Shown here piece by piece: positions 31,501-38,200 of a stretch of 64,000 bases of DNA. The position numbers and the translations under genes are program-made. The notes beneath the pieces are model-generated. The model saw nothing but the letters and a program-made list of their open reading frames with translations, ran no database searches and was not told the DNA's origin. How positions within the stretch are numbered: position 1 is the first letter of the stretch; each line of letters opens with the position of its first letter. The DNA is from Chthoniobacterales bacterium. GTDB lineage: Bacteria > Verrucomicrobiota > Verrucomicrobiia > Chthoniobacterales > Chthoniobacteraceae. The stretch covers positions 96,379-160,378 of the forward strand of contig JBBQZX010000010.1 in NCBI GenBank assembly GCA_038207335.1, written 5' to 3'.

Positions 31501-32595
31501 GTCGCTGGCGGGACCGGCACAGGCAGCGTCGGCCACGTGGTTCTGACGGGCGGAACATTCACCGCGCTTGCATTCCCATCATTCGCCAACGCCGCCAACA
31601 GCACGGCTTCCATCACCATCGGCGGCTCGGCTCAGGTCACTTTGCCCAGGTTCCCGACAACCCGCGGTTCGGGCTCAACGGCGAGCGTGACCTTTGATGG
31701 CGGCACGGTCATTCCTACGGCAGCGACAACGGTATTTCTCAGCGCTCCGACCAATGCCACCATTCGGACAGGTGGCGCGACATTCGACGTGCCGGGAGGC
31801 AGGGACATCACTATCTCGCAGGCTTTGCTACTGAATACCACGTCCCCCGGCGGCGGGTTGACCAAGCGGGGGAATGGCGTTCTCACTCTCTCCGGCGCGA
31901 ACACCTACACCGGACACACCAATGTCACCGGCGGGGTCCTGAGCATCGATCAGCCGTATCTTTCCAATGCCGCCGACGTCATCTTGAGCAATGGAGGCGT
32001 GATCGACCTCACTTTCACGGGCAACGATACCGTGGATGGGTTATACATCGACGGCACACGCCAGTCGGCCGGCACGTGGGGTGCGCTCGGCTCGAGCGCC
32101 ACTCATAAGACAAGCCTGATTACTGGCATCGGTATGCTCAATGTCGCCAACGGCCCAGCCGTCGCGACTTCTTTTGCGAGTTGGGCGCAATCCTTTGGCT
32201 TGGATGGCTCACCAGGAAAGGAAGCCGGCTTCGCCGCCGATCCCGACAAAGACGGCGTGGCCAATGGACTTGAGTGGATTCTCGGTGGAAATCCGCTGGC
32301 CCAAGATGGATCAGTCCTTCCCCAGACAACCCTCAACGAGACCCACATCGTCTTCACCTTCACTCGCATCGATGCGAGTGTCTCCGCGGCTGCTCTCAAC
32401 GCGAAGTGGGGTAGCGATCTCACGGGTTGGGCGACCACTTCCATCGGGGCCGTAAGTTCCGGCCCCGATGCAAGTGGAGTCACGGTGTCCATCGCTCCGA
32501 ACGGTGCGGCGCCAGATACCATAGTCATCTCGGTCCCACGCACCCTCGCTGTGGATGGCAAGCTATTCATGCGCCTCAATGCAACTCTGCCGTAA
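28564..32595 (+). CDS. C-terminal part: M60-like peptidase + beta-strand repeats + C-terminal DxDGDG-type domain
   Basis: TGSYLAPG, VRVGAH, GGGIYIEVPY, PWADFESDKF, LHELGHSQ..GEVESAVNL (HEXXH plus downstream Glu); no signal peptide of its own. Confidence 0.82.
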   Translation: MTLYETKKGALFVATPTRGGYDRAATGFELPNAMLTLEQRILDNTYTAASLALNENLLKGWKIGSSAHFPGSVPPPADPSASRTVQINASQPKTFGSPVLYYDYDARRPTGSYLAPGSIATVTVPAALVNKGFKVRVGAHSWDLTAKSRIERVDRISRVYSITSTTTKIAHPMGGGIYIEVPYLANAGIVSVQITNAVRSPFFSATSFHQTSLSEWQNIERTQPGPWADFESDKFMMQVPRSWIYAYSNPVALIADWDKAMDAVSDMMGLPQIRSKTVMYAQVDVILRADVNAPGYPCVNDAYDPYAATNGNKSHYLLTGPQNSPWATLHELGHSQSFTKFTGEVESAVNLFYVAVLNRKFGKTLDFAFGASIGAPSDMSTVNLRNVSLMWTLKSVFRTGNKTMVLADMSYEHKGHAKYVEIANLFGWDALGDFWNSVHLDYEKGISYPVNSDPTDSRIVRMSKAAGFDLRPLFHFWGVPPLNATSVRNSIVAAKLPASGALYRRLKYYQAVVPTSQSAYNNFYYAIDQTGADSEIKALFTNSSYTTAIADSAKAAIQGIIDLYFPNGDPDLLSANSTWDILPGTAGAGNGTITSAAGTWSTTVANWTNDGGTNNVVWTNDSHATFNPGTYTVTVASGVTVRNLTVPAGAGNITLKAATDNGGLTLGTNPLWTLNDSVVTLTADSVTDIKLTVSTGNTLTLTGSGTFNSGEKPTGADWSVAGSDLSVQGTLTLRGNVLGVGKFESIAMAAGTSFVHERNQTETYTNSWSLSGTGQVSYGTRYAATPTYVGVISGSGGMTFNGTAIVAGDNTYTGTTLVSTGTISLTGNRTVASGAISVGNVNGSTATLNISNGSYTTGPITVGSGDATAAGIVNQTGGSLTLSATQLILGNVGSGTTAGTAAFGTYNLSGGTLTGAAATTRGIILGTNNGTTGIFNLSGNGNLDMSAAILMVGRSDTALTGSSGYFNQTGGASVVGNLTVAGGTGTGSVGHVVLTGGTFTALAFPSFANAANSTASITIGGSAQVTLPRFPTTRGSGSTASVTFDGGTVIPTAATTVFLSAPTNATIRTGGATFDVPGGRDITISQALLLNTTSPGGGLTKRGNGVLTLSGANTYTGHTNVTGGVLSIDQPYLSNAADVILSNGGVIDLTFTGNDTVDGLYIDGTRQSAGTWGALGSSATHKTSLITGIGMLNVANGPAVATSFASWAQSFGLDGSPGKEAGFAADPDKDGVANGLEWILGGNPLAQDGSVLPQTTLNETHIVFTFTRIDASVSAAALNAKWGSDLTGWATTSIGAVSSGPDASGVTVSIAPNGAAPDTIVISVPRTLAVDGKLFMRLNATLP

Positions 32596-32605
32596 TATTT
32601 TTCGG

Positions 32606-33478
32606 ATGGGGATTTATTGGTCTGCGGTGGCCGTGCTCGTCTCAGCCGGCATCGTTTCGCGAGCGGCGGAATCCGAGGTCACGAGTTACAAGACCGTGGA
32701 TGGACGGGACCTGAAACTTTTTATCGAGAAGCCGCCTGCGTGGACGGCAGACGAAAGGCGTCCGGCCATCGTCTTTTTTTTCGGTGGCGGCTGGGTCGCA
32801 GGCAGTCCCGGGCAATTCAAACCGCAGAGCGAATACCTAGCGTCGCGCGGCATGGTCGGCGTGCGGGTGGAATATCGAGTGATTCCGAAGGGCAACGCCG
32901 GACCTCCTACGATTTGTGTGCAGGATGCAAAATCTGCGATGCGCTACGTCCGCGCACACGCCGCAGAGTTGGGCATCGACCCGCAGCGCATCGCCGCCGC
33001 GGGAGGTTCGGCGGGCGGGCATCTGGCAGCGGCAACCGCGCTCGTTCCGGGCTTGGATGACCCGCTGGACGATCTCGCGATTTCGCCGCGTCCCGATTCG
33101 CTTGTGCTTTTTAATCCGGTTTTCGACAACGGCCCAGGCCAGTGGGGGCACGAGCGCGTGCGAGACCGTTACGAGGAGTTTTCTCCGGCTCATCACGTCG
33201 GTGCACAAGCGCCACCAACGATCGTTTTCCTAGGCGACAAGGATTCTCTCATTCCGGTCAAAACGGTGCGCGATTTCGAGGCGGCGATGAAACGTGCGGG
33301 CGTTCGTTGCGATACGCACATCTATCCGGGAGTCGGCCACGGCTTTTTCAACAAGGCGATGAATGGCGGACGGGAATTTTCATCCACACTTTTTGAAACC
33401 GATCGGTTCCTTGCATCGCTCGGTTGGTTGAAGGGCCAGCCAACGCTCCAGAATTTGACCACTTCGGCAACGCGCTGA
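32606..33478 (+). CDS. Secreted alpha/beta hydrolase (esterase, HSL-like)
   Basis: FFGGGW oxyanion motif, GGSAGGHLA nucleophile, GDKDSLIP, HGFFN. Confidence 0.9.
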   Translation: MGIYWSAVAVLVSAGIVSRAAESEVTSYKTVDGRDLKLFIEKPPAWTADERRPAIVFFFGGGWVAGSPGQFKPQSEYLASRGMVGVRVEYRVIPKGNAGPPTICVQDAKSAMRYVRAHAAELGIDPQRIAAAGGSAGGHLAAATALVPGLDDPLDDLAISPRPDSLVLFNPVFDNGPGQWGHERVRDRYEEFSPAHHVGAQAPPTIVFLGDKDSLIPVKTVRDFEAAMKRAGVRCDTHIYPGVGHGFFNKAMNGGREFSSTLFETDRFLASLGWLKGQPTLQNLTTSATR

Positions 33479-33484
33479 TTCTCT

Positions 33485-35017
33485 ATGACCTCACGATTTT
33501 TTCTCTACCTCGCGGCGCTCCTTTCGATCGCCAGCAACTCGGCGGTGGCGGTCCAGAAACAGCCGAACATTCTCTACATCCTCGCCGACGATCTCGGCTA
33601 CGGAGATGTCCAGTGCCTGAATCCCAAGCGGGGAAAAATCGCCACGCCGCAACTCGATCGACTTGCCTCGCAAGGCATGACTTTCACGGACGCGCACAGC
33701 GGCTCATCGGTCTGCACTCCGACGCGTTATGGATTGCTCACCGGACGTTACGCGTGGCGCACCACTCTAGTCAGCGGAGTGCTCGGTGGTGTCAGCCCAC
33801 CACTCATCGCCTCGGAGCGTCTGACCGTTGCATCCCTGCTGCGCGCGCAAGGCTGCAGCACTGCGTGCATCGGCAAATGGCATCTCGGCTTGGGTTGGAC
33901 AAAATGGGAAGACGCCGAGGAGCACAAAAAGCACCCGGGCTGGGCTTTCGATTTTTCCAAGGCGTTCACGCGCGGCCCGGTCGAGTGCGGGTTCGACTCC
34001 TTTTTCGGCATCTCCGCATCGCTCGACATGCCGCCCTTCACGTTCCTCGAAAATGATCGCGTCACCGCGCTGCCGACGACCGCGAAGACCTGGATTCGCA
34101 AAGGCCCCGCCGCACCGGCATTCGAGGCGATCGACGTGCTTCCGACACTGACCCGCAAGGCGGTGGAGTATCTCGGAGCGCGTGCCGCGGATGCGAAAGC
34201 CGGACATCCGTTTTTCCTCTACCTGCCGCTGAACTCACCCCACACGCCGATCGTCCCGAGCGCGGAATGGCAGGGAAAAAGCGGGCTCAGTCCATACGGT
34301 GATTTCGTCATGCAGACGGATGCGTGTGTCGGCGAAATCCTCGCCGCACTGGAAAAGAACGGCCTTTCCGAAAACACCCTCGTCATCTTCACGAGCGACA
34401 ACGGCTGCTCACCCGCCGCCGACATCGCGGGGCTCGAGAAACTCGGGCATTTCCCCAGCCAGGATTTTCGCGGCGCGAAAGCAGACATCTGGGAGGGCGG
34501 GCACCGGGTGCCGTTTTTCGTGCGCTGGCCTGGCAAGGTAAAAGCCGGAGCTCAATGCGACACGACCATTTGCCACACCGACTTCATGGCAACCGTCGCC
34601 GAGATCACCGGCGCGAAAGTCCCAGACACGGCGGGCGAGGATAGTTTTAGCATTCTCCCAAACCTCCTCGGCACCGGGAAGAGTGCGAGGCCGAGCGTGG
34701 TGAATCACAGCATCAACGGACAGTTTGCGATCCGCGATGCAACGTGGAAACTGGAGTTCTGCCCGGGCAGCGGTGGCTGGGGCAAGCCCGGTGACATCGA
34801 AGCGAGAAAGGACGGTTTGGCTGCGGTGCAACTGTACGACCTCGCCATTGACTTGGGCGAAAAGAACAACGTGGAGGCCGAGCATCCCGACGTGATCAAG
34901 CGCCTCACCGCGCAGCTCGATGCGATCGTCGCGAACGGACGCAGCACTCCGGGCGCACCACAAGAGAATGACGTGGCCGTCAACTACCACATCCAGCGTC
35001 CCGCTCCGAAGCAGTGA
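33485..35017 (+). CDS. Arylsulfatase (formylglycine-dependent, Cys type)
   Basis: PNILYILADDLGYGD, CTPTRYGLLTGR, GKWHLG, FTSDNG, EGGHRVP. Confidence 0.95.
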   Translation: MTSRFFLYLAALLSIASNSAVAVQKQPNILYILADDLGYGDVQCLNPKRGKIATPQLDRLASQGMTFTDAHSGSSVCTPTRYGLLTGRYAWRTTLVSGVLGGVSPPLIASERLTVASLLRAQGCSTACIGKWHLGLGWTKWEDAEEHKKHPGWAFDFSKAFTRGPVECGFDSFFGISASLDMPPFTFLENDRVTALPTTAKTWIRKGPAAPAFEAIDVLPTLTRKAVEYLGARAADAKAGHPFFLYLPLNSPHTPIVPSAEWQGKSGLSPYGDFVMQTDACVGEILAALEKNGLSENTLVIFTSDNGCSPAADIAGLEKLGHFPSQDFRGAKADIWEGGHRVPFFVRWPGKVKAGAQCDTTICHTDFMATVAEITGAKVPDTAGEDSFSILPNLLGTGKSARPSVVNHSINGQFAIRDATWKLEFCPGSGGWGKPGDIEARKDGLAAVQLYDLAIDLGEKNNVEAEHPDVIKRLTAQLDAIVANGRSTPGAPQENDVAVNYHIQRPAPKQ

Positions 35018-35235
35018 AAGATGGCGCTAACCTTTGTTTTTGCCGCCAGGAGCCCGACCGCAGCGGTTGCGCGGTGGAATGCGTTTCAACGAGCCGCGAC
35101 AATAGGAATCACATGACAAACGCAACATCTGGAATTAAATCGATTCATAACCTTCGCGTGCTCGATTCGGTCTAAAGCGCAGACGTTCGGCGCGTGTGCT
35201 GTTTTTCCATCCCCACCCGCGTGCTCCCCCGCCCC

Positions 35236-38200
35236 ATGTCCAGATTCCTCTCACTCGCCACAGCCGCAGTTGCCTTGTTTCTGTTGAGCACGCACGCGTG
35301 TGCGGCGGGCACTTTTTCCGTCGTGTCGCTGACGGGCGATGCGGACTCGGGGATCACGGCAGGCTCGGCTTTTACCCACGCATTCAACGTGAATGCCGCG
35401 TCCAACGGGACGGTGAATGGGGCGGTTTTCACGGGCACTGGCCAATTGGCTGCAGGCGTCAATCCGACTACAAACAACTATTCGACGACTGGATTCACAT
35501 CCAGTTTTGTGAACAACGCGACCTCGCCGGTCACGGGTGTGGTGGGCGGCTTCATGACGACTTTCCGCTACAACGGAAATCCCGCGTCGCTGACGCTGAA
35601 AAACCTGCGCATCGGCCAGCAATACGAGACGACTTTCTACGACTCCGCTTATGGCGGCGCGGGCATCCGCGTTCAATCGATCACCGTGAGCGACGGCGGC
35701 TCGATCGTGCATGATGAAAATGCGCAGCCTGGGGGTCGGTTGATTTACACATTCACGGCGGCGAGCAATACGCTGACATTCACCTTCACGCCGCAGACGG
35801 CGGGGACGTTTCACCTTTACGCGTTCAGCAACCGCGCGGTCGGTCCGCAGGCGCTGCTGACGGATAATTTTTACGCGCCGTCAAACCCAACGACGACAAA
35901 TCTCAACTTCAATCTCGCCGCGCGGCAGGGCGGGACGCTCGTGCAATCGGCTGGGACGATCGCGTGGATCGGAACCGGAAACGCGCAGGTTGGCAACATC
36001 ACCGGGTCGATCGATGGCGGAAATTATCTACTCACCGCCTCGAGTGGCAAGGCGGCGCTCGACCACAATTTCAATGGCGCGGAAAGCTCGAGCGGTTTGT
36101 CGATTTCCTTCGACCTCGCGCCAGACGTGACGGCAGTTGGGGGCACAAATTGGAACGGGATCAGCCTCGGGCAGTCGGCGGCGGACAAGAGCGGCGCGGT
36201 GAGTGGCGCGCAGACGCACTTTGGAGTGCTCTTTCGCGGAAGCGCGGGGACGCTGCAGGCGTACGACGGCAGCACCGTCCTCACGCCCACTGAGCCTTCG
36301 TGGGGATCGACTGGCGTCACTTCGCAACTCCACCATTTCGAGCTGATCATCACGGACTCGATCGACGGAAATCCTTTTGATGGAGCTGGTGAGACGCGTA
36401 TCCAGGTCTATGCGGATGGTGTTCTGCGCTACACTTTCACAAAGTCAGGCGGGGGCTACGCGGAGAACTACCTTAACTTCCAAAGCAGCCAGGTCGGCGG
36501 TCTCGACAACCTCGTCATTGCACGGCTCAGCTCTGCGCCGGCGGCGCCGGTCATTTCCGCGCAGCCGCAGCCGCAAATGCTTTGGTTTGGCGACAGCGCG
36601 GTGCTGAGCGTCATCGCGAGCGGAGTGCCGGCGCCGACCTACCAATGGCTGAATGGCGGAGACCCGATCGGGAGTGCGACCGGCTCCACATTGCTCCTGA
36701 CGAATGCCGCGCTTGCCGATGCGGGCAGCTACACAGTCACGGTCACGAACGCGAGCGGGAGCGTCACTTCCACCCCCGCTGCGGTGAACGTGATCTATCC
36801 GAATCGCTGGCAGCGCGTGGCCGAGCCGCTGGCGGTTTCGAGCAAAAAGACGGGGTTCGTTTTTTCGGAGATCAATCCCCATCCCGTGACGCGGCTGGAC
36901 GGGCGAAACTTGGAATTCATCGAGCTCTACAATACGAACCCGTGGCCGGAAGACCTGACCGGCTGGCGAATCTCGGGCGATGTGAATTACGTATTTCCGG
37001 CAGGCACGATCATCCCCGCGCAGGGGTTTCTCGTCGTCGCGGCATCACCGTCCGACATGCAGGCCGTCTATGGAATCCCGGGTGTGCTCGGGCCGTGGCA
37101 AGGAGCGCTTTCGAACAGCGGTGGCACGCTGCGTCTGCGGCGGAAAAACGACGCCATCGTGCTCGAGGGCGTATGGAGCGACGGGCCGGCGTGGCCGGTC
37201 GCAGCGGACGGCGCGGGTCATTCGCTGGTGCTGGCGCGGCCGAGTTACGGCGAGGGCGACGTACGGGCGTGGAGCGCGAGCGCCGCAATCGGTGGTTCTC
37301 CCGGCACGGCGGAGGCACCGCCGGCGAGCCCGCAAGATCACGTGCTCATCAACGAAATCTTCGCGCACTCGACCACCGCCGCGGACTTCATCGAACTCTA
37401 CAACAGCAGTCCGCTGAGCGTGGACGTGAGCGGCTGTTTTCTGTCCAACAACTCGACGGCGCTGACGAAATTTGCGATCCCCGCCGGGACCTTGCTACCA
37501 CCACGCGGGCGGGTAAGCTTTACGCAGGCGCAGTTCGGATTTTCGCTAAAGGCTGAAGGCGAAACGGTTTACTTCACCAACGCGGCGCTGACTCGCGTGC
37601 TCGACGCGGTGCGCTATCGCGAGCAACTGCCCGACACTGCCAGCGGCCTTTCGCCGGATGGCGAAGGCGCATTCCGCCGGCTCGTGAGCGCGACGCCCGG
37701 CGCGGCGAATGCGGCGGCGGCACGCGGGCCGGTGGTCATCAACGAGCTCTATTTTCACCCGATCACCAATGATGATCAGGAAGAGTGGCTGGAACTGCGG
37801 AATCTCTCGGGCGCGGCGGTGAGCCTCGCCGACTGGCGGCTCAGCGAAGGCGTGACGTTCACTTTCCCTGCGGGCGCGAGCATCCCGGCAAGCGGCTACG
37901 TGGTAGTGGCGAAAAATCCAGCGCGCGTGCAAGCGAATCATCCGGGGCTTTCGGCAGGCGCGATTTTCGGGCCTTTCACCGGGACGTTGGGCGACAGCGG
38001 GGAGGAGGTCGTTCTCCGCCAACCGGTCACGCCGGCTGGAGGAGTGGTCTTCTTCGCACCTGTCGATGAAGTGAACTACAGCGACGCATCGCGCTGGGCG
38101 AAATGGGCCGACGGTGGCGGAAGCAGCCTGGAACTCGCGGACGCGCGGAACACCGCCACGCCGCTCTGGCTGGACAGCGACGAGACGGCAAAGGCCCCGT

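Noticed and set aside
35021..35043. Sigma-54 promoter-like TGGCGC...TTGC upstream of the CotH gene
   Set aside because: GG-to-GC spacing does not fit the strict -24/-12 geometry.
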